Notes: generated from the letters alone by a model not told the origin. A DNA stretch of 64,000 nt from Candidatus Pelearchaeum maunauluense (GCA_030059675.1 JANVYQ010000001.1:224001-288000), one strand, 5' to 3'; shown: positions 1-10,809, counted from the first letter of the stretch. Numbers and translations are program-made.

Positions 1-1154
1 GACCTCAGCAGCGGTTGTTGGCTTACCGCCTGCGCGTAGCGTCTCGCCATAGGCGGCCATGCATTTATAGGCGATGTCGCTGAGCGTCTCCACACCGAAG
101 AGCCTCAGCGCATGCGCCTGAGGTATGCCAATCCTTATACGCGCATATAGGTTTCTAATCAGCGCGTTAAGCGGGCCATAGTCGCTGAGCATCATCATCT
201 TGGCCGCGCCAGCGGCCGAGCCTGTGACAGCTATGTAGTCGCCTAGGCTCTTGAAAACATCGGCATATACGCTTCTCTCTCCATAACCAGCCTAACCCAT
301 CGCCTGCCAGCTATTCCATGCATCAATAGGGGGGCTGAGGCTATGAGCATGGAGAGCGGGCCAGGTATCAACGACCTCATCAACAACCCAGCGTCGCTGG
401 GGGCTGGTAGCGTTAGTGGGAGTATGATAAGCACGGCCATGGAAGAGACTATGATGATGCGGGAGAGCTGCTCAAGTCTATGTAGTTTCTCAGGCCTATG
501 TGGCTCTTTGTGCATGAGCCTTCTGCGTATGTTGTTCCTTAGAAAGAGAAGCGTCATGCTGGCTAACGTTGCTATGACTGCCAGGATGGAGATGTTCAGG
601 ACGGTAGAAGAGTATTGTGAGCCGTAGATTATCGCCATGAGTAGGAACGCTACCGAGAGGAAGCCCATGGAGCTTAGGAGAGCTGAATACGACTCGGCAA
701 GCCTCTTAAGCTTCTCAACCATCTTCTCAAACTCGGCCTCAGGAGACGCCAGAAACTTCTGGAACTCTATCAGCGTAAAATCGCCAAGACCTACGCCAGC
801 CTGCGCGGCGTGGCTAAGCCTATTGAGAAGCTCGCGGTGGTTTTGGTCTATATTATCCGAGGCAGCAGCCCTAAGAGCGGCTGTCTGCAAGTACCCCCAC
901 TTCTCAACCATCACCTGTATTTTGGCGAATAGATACGAGACTGGTGTTAGGAGCTTTTCGCGGCCTAGAATCCGTAGAGCGGTTTTGAGCGGTATCCCTG
1001 AAGCTCCTAGGCTTGTTAGGTAGAGTAGTGTTATTGGGTAGAGTTCTGACAGCCTTCTGTTTAGGGAGAATCGCTTGAGGAGCCTTGTTTTGTGGTTTGT
1101 TCTCTTATTTCTGTCTGAGCCATACGCTCTCTCCCCGCTCAACGCGCTCGGCAA
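1..1154 (-). pseudogene. arlJ: Archaellum assembly membrane platform ArlJ/FlaJ, frameshifted near 255 and running off the window edge
   Basis: T2SS-F-like TM protein downstream of arlI. The ORF stops at MFSRA*, but another frame continues SLGDYIAVTGS...SDYGPL to position 1. Confidence 0.8.
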
Positions 1155-2817
1155 CCTTTGCCACGCCCTCGTCGTAGCAGAGCTTCACAACGTTCCAAAC
1201 CTGCTCGTAGTCGGTTATCCCCAGCTCCACTAGGCGCTGGAGAATCCACGCCCTCCTCTCCAGCTCGTCATAAACCCGCCGCGCATCGCGGCGCGAGAAA
1301 CCCATAAGAGTAAGTATCTTGGTCTCAAGAAGAAAGCTGTTTCCCTCACCCCTAAAACATGCACACCATCAACAGCATCCCAGCTGAAGAGCTCTATGAA
1401 GTCAAAACTATCCATGCTTGGGTCGTAGCCCGCCATCTCATTTACGCTCAGTATGCGGCGCTCAACCTTCCCTGTCCGCGGTATCCTTACCGCGCTCTGG
1501 ATTACTACGCAGTTGAGTATATCTATGTAGGTCTTGGGTATGTTTATCGGGTCTCCCGTGAGGCGTTGTATAACCTTCTCCACAGAGCCTGCGTGGAACG
1601 TTGCCAGCACTGGATGCCCTGTCTGCATGGCTTGGAATGCCACCGTGGCCTCGGCTCCGCGTATCTCGCCGACTATGATGAAGTTCGGCCTCTGCCTAAG
1701 CGCCGCCTTGAGCAGGTCAAAGAGCTCCACACTGGGTCCTCCCTGCTCGCCCTGCCTAGTAACCTCCCTAACCCAGTTGCCGTGGGGGACGATTATCTCA
1801 GGCGTGTCCTCTATGCTTATTATCTTGGCCTTTGGGTTGATGAAGACGCAGGCCGCTCTCAGGGCTGTTGTCTTCCCAGAGGCGGTCTCCCACAGAACCA
1901 TACACTAAAGCCATACTCAAGCAGTAGCCAGAGGTAGGCAGCCTCAAGGGCGCTGAGCGTGCCCCACTGTATCAGGCTGGTTATGCTCACAGGCTTCTCG
2001 GAGAACTTTCTTATCGTGAAGTTTGAGCCACACCTGCTAATATCGCTGCCGAACACTATGTTTATGCGCAAGCCGTCTGGGAGGGGGCGTCGACTATGGG
2101 CCGTCTATACGTTACAGGCCTCCCAGCCCTCTCCGAGAGCCTTAAGACAAAGCCATCAAGCTCCTCCGCGCCATTAAACCTAACGTTAGTCTCACAGCTT
2201 CCGAAGATTTTATGCTCAACAAACACGGGCCCGACGCCGTCGCATGGTATATCCTCTATGTATTGGTCGCGGATGAACGGCTCAAGCGGGCCTAGATAGA
2301 CCTTCTCCATGACCATCTCAAAGCGGAGCGCGTCAAACGTTTCCTGATTCACGTATATTGCGAGCAGCTTACCCTTACGTCTCGCTTCATTATATTCCCA
2401 GAGCTCTAGGCTGTCGTCAACTACTAGAATTTGGTCCAGCAGCTCCATGAGGAGCTGTTCATGCTCCTCTTTTGTCGCGAATGTTTTGGTAGCGTCTATG
2501 AGCGCCGCCATTCCTTCTTCAACCAGCATAAGCAGGTCCCGCGCCTCTGGAGGAGCTTGCGGCGTTACCGCGTTGTAATACGCGCGCTCACCCTCGCGCG
2601 AGTAGACGTGTATGAAGATTGGGACTCCCACTGGGTAGATTATGCTGAAGCTCTTCTGGTATCGTAGGTCTCTGGAGAGCTGTTCGCGGTACTCTATTGG
2701 CCTGCCTGTCCTGCGGCTCCATTCTATGATATACCTCTGTAGATGCGGGAAACGCGCGGCTATTCTTCTTATTTCTGCGCCGCCAGCGAGTTTTTGCTGG
2801 GAGACCTGAACCGACAT
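1105..2817 (-). pseudogene. arlI: Archaellum motor ATPase ArlI/FlaI, split by three single-base frameshifts (~2075, ~1890, ~1355)
   Basis: Four consecutive ORF pieces carry secretion-ATPase motifs: IEDIPCDG, RINIV..FTIRKF, GETASGKTT (Walker A), LRQRPNFIIVGEIRG (Walker B), TGH..TFHA. Confidence 0.9.
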
Positions 2818-2830
2818 GTATGGCGCCTCC

Positions 2831-3523
2831 TCATGCTTTGGCCTGTGAGAATGGGAGAACCTTTATCCCGAATGCTTGGTCAACCTCAAACGAGAGCGTA
2901 AGGCCTCCCTTGAGCTTCATGACTTGGAGAACGCGGACAAGCTTTTCGCCAACCTCCTTAACTGAGAGAACAAGATGTGCGTCAGATATTGAGCGGAGAC
3001 GCAGAAACATATCCTGGTCTACTGCGTATTGGTGGATTGTTATTATGACAGTTTTTCCATCCTCATCAACTACGTTTCTTATCCGCGTTAGGAAGTTTAG
3101 AATTTCCCTAGTATCGGCGTGTGTTAAGAGATATGTGAGCGAGTCCAGTATGAAGACGTCATGTTTCTTTTCCTGCTTCATGAATGAGGTTATAACGTTT
3201 AGCAGTATTGATGATATGTTATCAGCCCACTCAAGCGTCTTGACATGCAGCTCGCTTATCTTCAAGCTACCGTTAATGAAGTATGGCTTTACGTCCCAAG
3301 ATAGATTACTCATTCCATAGATTATTCCTTTGAGGCTTGTCTTGGTGGTTATGTAATATACTGTAAAGCCGCTTCTTAGAGCACCATAGCAATACTGCAT
3401 CGCGATTACTGATTTCCCGCTATCGTTGGCTCCTTCTATTAGGCAGAGGGGCGGGGTTGGTATTCCACCAACCTTCCTGTCCAGCTCGGGGTTGAAGCTC
3501 CGTATGACTGCGTCACCCGCCAA
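2831..3523 (-). CDS. arlH: Archaellum RecA/KaiC-like ATPase ArlH/FlaH (probable TTG start at 3523)
   Basis: ELDRKVGGIP, EGANDSGKS Walker A, ILDSLT Walker B; lies between arlF and arlI. Confidence 0.85.
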   Translation of the reverse strand: MAGDAVIRSFNPELDRKVGGIPTPPLCLIEGANDSGKSVIAMQYCYGALRSGFTVYYITTKTSLKGIIYGMSNLSWDVKPYFINGSLKISELHVKTLEWADNISSILLNVITSFMKQEKKHDVFILDSLTYLLTHADTREILNFLTRIRNVVDEDGKTVIITIHQYAVDQDMFLRLRSISDAHLVLSVKEVGEKLVRVLQVMKLKGGLTLSFEVDQAFGIKVLPFSQAKA

Positions 3524-4058
3524 CCCACTCAGCCCCCACAAAACGAACCAAGACTGGATACTGCCCGTCAATCAAATCATCGAGCCATGCCTCAACCTCT
3601 ATCGTTTCACGCACATTCCAGATACCAGAATAACCATCAACAAGGTCTATGTGGTCTAGTAGCTCGCCAGCAAAACCGTTGGTATATACAGCTATTATAC
3701 GCCATCCCTCTGGTTTCGCCCTACCTGGGTCGTAAGACAGCCATACACTACGTAAAGCGCCATCAGTCTTTCTTACGTATGTGATTATTACATCAACGTA
3801 TCTAAAGTTGGCCGCCCTATGCGCGTATGGCCCTTCGTTCTCCACGTAGAATTGGATAAGATGGGGCTGGACGACCGTTATGTTTAGTATTTTGTAGTGG
3901 TTTTGTCTTAATGCTATTTCTGCTGATTCTATCGTTGATTTCTGTAATTCTACCAGCAGGCTACCTGCTGCCGTGAATAGTAATAGGGCTGGGATAAGTG
4001 TCATGGCCGCAAGCCACGCAGCAGCTATCGTGGCGAAGCCCGACATGTCGGAACACAC
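3513..4058 (-). CDS. arlF: Archaellum stator protein ArlF/FlaF-like
   Basis: N-terminal MSGFATIAA hydrophobic helix, VENEG and GIWNVRETIEV archaellin-like motifs; operon position. Confidence 0.65.
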   Translation of the reverse strand: MCSDMSGFATIAAAWLAAMTLIPALLLFTAAGSLLVELQKSTIESAEIALRQNHYKILNITVVQPHLIQFYVENEGPYAHRAANFRYVDVIITYVRKTDGALRSVWLSYDPGRAKPEGWRIIAVYTNGFAGELLDHIDLVDGYSGIWNVRETIEVEAWLDDLIDGQYPVLVRFVGAEWVGG

Positions 4059-5233
4059 TATACTGAGAAGTAGTAATCAGACTTCTGGCCCAGATAGGCC
4101 ACGAACCTAACGAAGTACTCGCCAGCGCTCAACGTGAAGTTAAGCGTAATCGTTATGAGTAGTGTCTCGCCTGGGTCCCATCTTCCGTCGTTATCAACGT
4201 CGTTCATGGCTGTGTATGTCCAGCCCAGTGATGTTCCTTGGTATGGTATACTTACCAACATGCTTCGGTTCCCTAGGAAGATGTCGGATAGCTTAACCAG
4301 CTCTGGGTGTATGTCTGCGCTTCCCGTATTCTTTACCCATGCTCTTACCTCGCTGCTCCCAGAGGTTGATGTGGCGAATATTATCTCCGTATCTATTGAG
4401 AGCTCCTTTTTGAGCCGTTCTATTTTTTCGCGGTGCGCTTGGCCGAGGTCTCCCAGTGTGGTGAATACCGATGCAGAGAACGCCGACGCAGCCACTATAG
4501 CGGCTATCAGGATTATTGCCTCAGCTATCACGTAGCCCGTCGGCATACCCTTAGAACCCCCAGACTTTCCGTGAATATTGGACTGGCCTGAGAGGCCATG
4601 AAGCCTGTCAAACGCCGTGAGGAGAAGCAATAGTAGTGGGCCGTCTTCCTCATGCGCTACTTTTGATAGTAGATAGAGAACAACCAACACATTACCCAGA
4701 CCATAGTTCTTAGGAGCCAGCGACTCGTATTGAAGGCCAAAATCACTTCTGGCAGAGAGTTCCAGCGCTTCTTTAACGTCATCGGCTATATCCTTAGGCA
4801 ACAATCCTTTCCAGGCCATCATATTTACTATGTTTAAGACCTGCTCGCGGCCAACGAGACCTATCATAAGATACGTGGCAGCCATTATGTTTAGGAACCT
4901 ACCGAGACTTCTCCCCTCTGTTCTACGCGGTATTATTGATAACTGTTCATAATGCTGTTTTAAGGGCTCTATCTGCTGATGAGGCTCTTCTTTATGCTGT
5001 TCCATGTCGGACTTTTTACTCTGCTGGGTTTTTAGCTCAGGGATGTTTGAGCCTAGAAGCGCGCTAACATAGGTGAATGGGTTTTCAAGTGTTCCGAGAA
5101 TTTCACGCACATCTAGGAGTGTCTTCTCTAATGGCTCCTTGAGGCTCTTCACCTCTTCCTCAAGTTGCCGCAGTTTCTTTTCTAAAGGGTCGCGGGATGG
5201 AATCTCTTCGCCTGCCAATACCTCCACCTCCAA
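4058..5233 (-). CDS. arlG: In-frame fusion of an ArlC/D/E-like coiled-coil protein (5233..~4547) with ArlG/FlaG (from Met at 4546)
   Basis: N-terminal part is a coiled coil ending LENPF. C-terminal part has AEAIILIAAIVAA, WVKNTGS and GRWDPGETL, typical of ArlG. Confidence 0.65.
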   Translation of the reverse strand: MEVEVLAGEEIPSRDPLEKKLRQLEEEVKSLKEPLEKTLLDVREILGTLENPFTYVSALLGSNIPELKTQQSKKSDMEQHKEEPHQQIEPLKQHYEQLSIIPRRTEGRSLGRFLNIMAATYLMIGLVGREQVLNIVNMMAWKGLLPKDIADDVKEALELSARSDFGLQYESLAPKNYGLGNVLVVLYLLSKVAHEEDGPLLLLLLTAFDRLHGLSGQSNIHGKSGGSKGMPTGYVIAEAIILIAAIVAASAFSASVFTTLGDLGQAHREKIERLKKELSIDTEIIFATSTSGSSEVRAWVKNTGSADIHPELVKLSDIFLGNRSMLVSIPYQGTSLGWTYTAMNDVDNDGRWDPGETLLITITLNFTLSAGEYFVRFVAYLGQKSDYYFSV

Positions 5234-5242
5234 ACACCCCTA

Positions 5243-5776
5243 TCATTTTGGAATCACGACAAACTCGCAATATTCACCACCGTTGAGAATGCATGTACTC
5301 TCCCAAACCTCCGCACTGCTCTCCATGTATTTGTTGAAGAGCGCGCGAAGCAGCCCTTTTATGAAGCAGCAGCCAACACTTGTTCTCTTATGGCTATGCG
5401 GCAGATCATTTAGGAGGAATGAAATAGGTATCCAGCCGCTGAGGCGGACAAGTACTCCTGAGCGTTCTCCGACAAGGCTTCTGAAAACCGCCAGCTCACT
5501 TCCAAACTGGCCTTTAATCAGCATGTATTCCCGTAGTAATCTCTCTGAGACCGTTAGTATATCTCCCTCGGTTTCCTCAACCTCCTCCGAGCACTCATAC
5601 AGTCTCTCTGCCTCGTATTCGCCTAGTTGCTCCAGCAGGTTGGCCGCCGCGCGCACACCTATGGAGCGCGCGAGCGAGATTCCGATGAACTGAACAAACG
5701 ACCTATCAAACAGTATCCTCTCCCTACGCACAGCGGCTCCCTCTGTTTTGAAGGATTTAAAATGAATCGTATTCAT
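5243..5776 (-). CDS. V4R (4-vinyl reductase-like ligand-binding) domain protein
   Basis: C-terminal CCFIKGLL...ESTCILNGGEYCEFVV V4R signature. Confidence 0.7.
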   Translation of the reverse strand: MNTIHFKSFKTEGAAVRRERILFDRSFVQFIGISLARSIGVRAAANLLEQLGEYEAERLYECSEEVEETEGDILTVSERLLREYMLIKGQFGSELAVFRSLVGERSGVLVRLSGWIPISFLLNDLPHSHKRTSVGCCFIKGLLRALFNKYMESSAEVWESTCILNGGEYCEFVVIPK

Positions 5777-5846
5777 ATCTTATTAAAATAAGATTTGAGA
5801 TGTATAAAAATTCATAAACAAACTTATTTAGAATACTACTGAAATA

Positions 5847-6654
5847 ATGATAAAAATACAACAGGATAATTGGAAAAGCAAAAAGATGGAGACGGGGATT
5901 AACTGGGCTTGAGACAGCGATTATACTGATAGCCTTCGTCATCGTCGCCAGCGCCTTCGCCGTAGTCAGCAGTTTCAAGATAGATAGACTTCAGATGGAG
6001 GGGTTTTCCCCAGGCCTAAGGCTCTTCCAAGAGCTTATGGGGGCTTGGGGTGGGTTCACCCTGACAGGGGATGAGGCTGACGAGGGCTCCGATGAACTCA
6101 TGAGGAGCCCGAGGCTGATGAATCCCAAGACTTACGTATGTCTATGAAAGACTACGTAGGTCAGAACCCGTCCTAAATCTGGACATGTTCACGACGCAGA
6201 AGAGCTCAGAAGCCATGCAGGCTGGCTTGCAGGGGTCGCTCAGCTCTATAGAGATTGCGGGCGCGGTCATAGCCCAGGCCGACACAACTGTAACGCCAGC
6301 TAAGGTGAAGAATATCACCATACACATCAAGACGGCTGTCGGGAAGGCAGCCCCATAGACATGTCAAAGGATAAGCTCGTAATAGCCTACCGAGACCCCA
6401 ACACGTTCCTAGAGAACATCTACACAGATACGTACATTCTTAACAATAACATAACCGTAGCAGAAGTAACAGGCGATGGCGACTCTGTGCTGGAGTATGG
6501 TGAGGTCTGGAAAATCGTCATAGCCATACCAGAGCTGGCCAACCTAAACCCCAACGACATATTCGCGGTGGAGATAAAGCCACCTGTAGGCTCGCTACTG
6601 AAGGTTGAGCGAAGGCTACCACCCGCCTTCGACGCTGTTATGGACCTGACCTAA
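5847..6654 (+). pseudogene. arlB: Archaellin ArlB/FlaB, interrupted by a 202-bp insertion, with a frameshift at ~6350 and no in-frame ATG
   Basis: Class III signal RRG|LTGLETAIILIAFVIVASAFA (5890-5961) resumes as VLNLDMFTTQKS at 6170; C-terminal DGDSVLEYGE..EIKPPVGS archaellin motif in 6361..6654. Confidence 0.9.
5966..6167 (+). mobile_element. 202-bp non-autonomous element resembling the 3' end/right end of an IS200/IS605 (tnpB) element; junction ambiguous by 2 nt
   Basis: Its removal restores the archaellin frame (AFAVAVLN or AFAVVVLN) with no target duplication. It has several hairpins, including a subterminal stem 6131-6160 followed by TCAG, and its translation resembles archaeal TnpB C-terminal tails (recalled similarity, not searched). 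Confidence 0.65.
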
Positions 6655-6721
6655 CCCCAAAATCCCACACCATTTTTATGGCTAATACTAATATAGTGAG
6701 CCACGTCGCTGCACTACGTTT

Positions 6722-7702
6722 ATGACGCTGCTCACAGAACTGGCATACGCGGGGCTCATCATAATAGCCTCATTTGGCATTGCTTCATTATCTTGGGTTA
6801 TTCTAAAGAGATACGCGACCTCATGGGTTACGAAGACCAAAACACCGCTTGACGATATCATCATACAAGTAGTGAGGCTACCGCTCTACCTATCCATACT
6901 ACTGGTGGGCATTAACCTAGCTCTTAAGAGGATTGGCATTTTTGAGCCGTATCTACGCTACCTGGACATGGGATTCTATGCCATGTGGGCAGTCATCATC
7001 GGCCGCATATTTTACCGATTCACCGACTCGGCTGTTCCAGTACTGGCTAGGAAGGCCGATATACCGCTAACCCCCGCTGAAGTGATTAGAAAGACGATAA
7101 AGTGGATAATCATAATCGCCATCATAGTATCGCTCTTCGCTATAGTAGGAATAGAGATGAGCGGCGTCATCTCTGTGATAATGCTAGTCCTGGGCACCCT
7201 GATAATCCTAGCATTCGCAACGTGGAGCATAATGGGCAACATAACCGCTGGCGTAGTTCTAATGATATGGAGACCCATAGAGGTCGGAGACTATATAGAG
7301 ATAAGCCCAGACAACATACAAGGCCGCGTGGAAAACATCAACCTAATGTTCACACGCCTCCGTATGAAGACTGGTGAGACGATGAACATACCAAACACCA
7401 TGGTTCTCCAGAAGTATGTGCGAAACCTCAGCAAGTCAGGAACCTACCTGATACAGCTCTCCTACAAGTTCAACGTCTCGCAAGACCCTGAGACCGTGTC
7501 AGCTCTGCTTATAGACGCTGCCGAGAAGACCGAGGGAATCCTCAAGAACCCCAGGCCATTCGTCAAGGTTAAGAATATTGAAGACGACTCTGTGGTTTAC
7601 GAGCTGAATGCGTATATAAACAGGCCTGCCGACCACGAGGAGATAACCTCTACACTCAGGTTAAATGTGCTTAAAACACTCAAGTCATCTCAAGGACATT
7701 AG
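6722..7702 (+). CDS. mscS: Small-conductance mechanosensitive channel (MscS family)
   Basis: Multiple TM helices, then GNITAGVVL..RPIEVGDYI..GRVENINLMFT..IPN. Confidence 0.9.
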   Translation: MTLLTELAYAGLIIIASFGIASLSWVILKRYATSWVTKTKTPLDDIIIQVVRLPLYLSILLVGINLALKRIGIFEPYLRYLDMGFYAMWAVIIGRIFYRFTDSAVPVLARKADIPLTPAEVIRKTIKWIIIIAIIVSLFAIVGIEMSGVISVIMLVLGTLIILAFATWSIMGNITAGVVLMIWRPIEVGDYIEISPDNIQGRVENINLMFTRLRMKTGETMNIPNTMVLQKYVRNLSKSGTYLIQLSYKFNVSQDPETVSALLIDAAEKTEGILKNPRPFVKVKNIEDDSVVYELNAYINRPADHEEITSTLRLNVLKTLKSSQGH

Positions 7703-7704
7703 CC

Positions 7705-8686
7705 ATGCAGGGTATGGAGACTAGGGAGCACGCGTTAATAGGGCTTGTGATAATCTCGATAATAATAGCTACTGGCTCTATCTTATTCTCATTCATGAAG
7801 GGCATAAACATCTTTGACGCGTTCTACTGGACGATAACTGTATTGACAACGATTGGCTTTGGGAATATTGTACCAACGACTCCACAGGCTAAGATTCTGT
7901 ATATAGCGCTGGTAGTGTCGGGTATAGCGTTTTATGGCTATTTCGTAACCAGCATAAGCGAGTCAAAGCCGAAAACATCTTAGCAGCGTATTTGCCTGGG
8001 ATATACATGTCGCGTAGGTTGCAGAACCATACGATAATAATTGGCTGGAATAGGTTCTCTGAGGCTGCCTATGAATAGCTGGAGATAAACGGCAGAAATC
8101 CAGTCGTTGTTGTTGAGGATGAAGAGAGGGCGCGTATGCTCTCTAGGAGCGGTGTTAGGGTTATGTATGGCGACCCCGCAGATGAGAATATTCTAAAAGA
8201 AGCGGGGATAGGTGGATGTAGTTCTCTATAATCATAACTGATGTAAATACTGAGAAGAAGCTTATCTATATGCTCAAGACACGAAAGCTACGCGGGGGTG
8301 TTCCTATCATAGTTCTGAGCAGGAAGCGGGGGATGCGCGACATCTATAAACAAGCGGGAGCAACGCGCATAGTTGACGCATACGATATTGTTGGAAGGCT
8401 TCTGGCGGGAAGTGTCTTTGAGCCGCTAGCGAGTGAGGTTTTATATGATATGGCTGAATCCTCCAAGGATCTAGACATAACCGAGGCGGGGGTAGGAGTA
8501 GAAGCAACGATAGAAGAGCTGGAGCAGCAAGGATTCAAAGCACACATAATACTCGTAGAACGGAACAATGAGAGAATATACACGCCACCATATAATTTCA
8601 GGCTAAAACCTGGCGATAAGGTTGTTTTGGTTGGAAATGCCAGCGATATAGCTAGGGACTTGAGAATGCTCGGCGGTGGGTCATAG
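7705..8686 (+). pseudogene. Kch/MthK-type potassium channel with RCK (TrkA-N/C) domains, disrupted
   Basis: Pore DAFYWTITVLTTIGFGNIVP; frameshift ~7965; NHTIIIGW RCK start; in-frame TAG at 8076-8078; second frameshift ~8225; TrkA-C tail LKPGDKVVLVG. Confidence 0.85.
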
Positions 8687-8688
8687 GT

Positions 8689-8970
8689 TTAGGCCTGTGA
8701 GGAACGTATGGTTTCTAATATGCTTATGGCCATCCAGAGCTGTGTGCGTGTGAATGTCGGCATATTCGGGTCTGAGATTATCTCTTCAATCATTTCTATA
8801 GAGTTCGCAGCCCTTACTGCGGGTGAATATTTTTCGTTGAAAAGCTCTTCGGCGGCCTGTTTGGCTACTCTACGTATATTGCGCGGCGTACCCATATCGT
8901 TGGCGATTGTCTCAAGTATTTGGACAACATTCTGCCTCTTAGTTTCCCATTCCTGTTTAGCCTCAGCCAT
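8689..8970 (-). CDS. UPF0147 family archaeal protein
   Basis: D..TPRNIRR.A and ISDPNMP.FTRTQLW motifs. Confidence 0.85.
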   Translation of the reverse strand: MAEAKQEWETKRQNVVQILETIANDMGTPRNIRRVAKQAAEELFNEKYSPAVRAANSIEMIEEIISDPNMPTFTRTQLWMAISILETIRSSQA

Positions 8971-9129
8971 ATCTCAGCCGCCTCGGTCATCCTAACGCTA
9001 TATGAGCAACCATGCCTCCTACTTAAAAACATAACCCCAACACGATGGGTATAAAGAATCTTAGCAGAAAACAGTAGTTATACTCACGACATACCGACAG
9101 TAATAACGACAAGTGAAGAAATAATGAAG

Positions 9130-10809
9130 TTATTGTATCGTTGGCTTCGTTATAGCTCCTAGTGATGCAGAGGCTACTAGTGATGCATATTTTGCGAGGA
9201 GTCCGCTGGTATAGCGTGGTGGGCGCGGACGCCAACTCTCAAGTCGTTTCTTCAACTCGTTCTCAGAGACGAGCACGTCAAGCCTACCCTTCTCAGCGTC
9301 TATGACTATCTTATCACCTTCTTCCACCACCGCTATAGGGCCCCCCACAGCAGCCTCAGGCGATGTGTGCCCCACCATCATACCGCGTGTGGCGCCGCTA
9401 AACCTGCCATCAGTAACCATAGCGACATGCTCGCCCAGCCCAGCACCCACGATAGCCGCTGTTACGCGGAGCATCTCAGGCATGCCAGGACCGCCGCGCG
9501 GCCCTTCATACCTAATGACTACCACATCGCCTTCTTGTATCTCGTTACGTCTAAGGGCTTCAAAAACGCCCTCCTCGCCGTCAAAGGGTTTAGCCCTGCC
9601 CTCAAAGCGCGTAATTCCCGTTGCAGCGACCTTCAGTACGGCGCCTTCAGGCGCAAGTGTGCCGCGTAGTATCTTAATGCCGCCAGTCGGCTTGATGGGT
9701 TGGGAAACCTCCTTAACTATATGCGAGTGCTGAACTTCTGGGAATTTGTAGCTCTCCAAGCTCTCCTTGAGGGACTTCCCGCTTATGGTGAGGACATCGC
9801 CATTTAGAAGGCCTGCCTTCATGAGCTTCCGCAGGATTATGGGGACACCACCAACCTGGTCTAGGTCGGACATCACGTAGAGGCCGCCAGGCCTCAGGCT
9901 GGCTATGTAGGGGGTCTTGCTGGATATTCTCTCAAAGTCTTCCAGCGAGAGCTTTACACCAGCCTCGTAAGCTATGGCGAGCAGGTGAAGGATAGCGTTG
10001 GTAGAGCCGCCCATAGCCATCAACACCGCTATGGCATTTTCAAACGCTTCAAAGGTCATGATGTCGCGTGGCTTGAGGCCAGTTTCTATAGCCTTGGCAA
10101 GCGCCATACCAGTCTCATACGCGTACGCTGCTCTCCGCGCTGATGTCGCAGGCGGGGATGCGCTGCCTAGTAGAGCTATGCCCAGGGCCTCGGAGAGGGA
10201 GGCCATAGTATTGGCCGTGAAGAGGCCAGCACATGTTCCATACGTTGGATGGGCGAAACGCTCAACCATCAAGAGCTCTTCCTCGCTAACAATCCCCTTG
10301 ACATAGCCGCCCAGCGACTCATACACATCCTCAATAGTCAGCTTCCTATCGCCGCAGAAGCCAGGCTCCGCAGTTCCACCGTATAGATATGCGGCAGGCC
10401 TGTTGATGCGCGCCATGGCCATCATAAGCCCAGGCTCAGTCTTATCACAGCCTCCTATACCTACGAAACCATCAAACGCGTGAGCCATCACCTGCGCTTC
10501 AGCCGTGTCTGCGATTAGCTCGCGGCTCACCAAACTATAACGCATACCCTCAGTTCCCATGCTTATGTTATCATTCACCACTATCGTAGGCATGGCGAGG
10601 GCTGAGGCACCCATACTTCTAATCCCCTCCTTAACGTATCTGACGAGGTTGAGAGTGTGGAAGTTGCATGGCCCAGCCTCGCTCCAGGCAACCACGACGG
10701 CGGCGAGAGGCTTGCCCACATCCTCGTCCGTCAGCCCTACAGAGCGCAGAAAAGCACGATGGGGAGCATTAACAATACCAACATAACGCTCAACGCTAGG
10801 CCTATCCAT
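9130..10809 (-). CDS. ilvD: Dihydroxy-acid dehydratase
   Basis: [55 protein letters not shown] motifs. Confidence 0.97.
   Translation of the reverse strand: MDRPSVERYVGIVNAPHRAFLRSVGLTDEDVGKPLAAVVVAWSEAGPCNFHTLNLVRYVKEGIRSMGASALAMPTIVVNDNISMGTEGMRYSLVSRELIADTAEAQVMAHAFDGFVGIGGCDKTEPGLMMAMARINRPAAYLYGGTAEPGFCGDRKLTIEDVYESLGGYVKGIVSEEELLMVERFAHPTYGTCAGLFTANTMASLSEALGIALLGSASPPATSARRAAYAYETGMALAKAIETGLKPRDIMTFEAFENAIAVLMAMGGSTNAILHLLAIAYEAGVKLSLEDFERISSKTPYIASLRPGGLYVMSDLDQVGGVPIILRKLMKAGLLNGDVLTISGKSLKESLESYKFPEVQHSHIVKEVSQPIKPTGGIKILRGTLAPEGAVLKVAATGITRFEGRAKPFDGEEGVFEALRRNEIQEGDVVVIRYEGPRGGPGMPEMLRVTAAIVGAGLGEHVAMVTDGRFSGATRGMMVGHTSPEAAVGGPIAVVEEGDKIVIDAEKGRLDVLVSENELKKRLESWRPRPPRYTSGLLAKYASLVASASLGAITKPTIQ

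Noticed and set aside
1340-2090. Programmed frameshifting in arlI
   Set aside because: Three independent shifts, no canonical slippery heptamers, and neighbouring arl genes are also broken.
5961-6156. CGTAGTC...GACTACG as terminal inverted repeats of a classical MITE
   Set aside because: Only 7 bp; excision at these points does not restore the archaellin frame, and the right copy is part of a local hairpin.
8076-8078. In-frame TAG as pyrrolysine or readthrough
   Set aside because: The same gene also has two frameshifts and no pyl genes are present, so simple decay is more likely.
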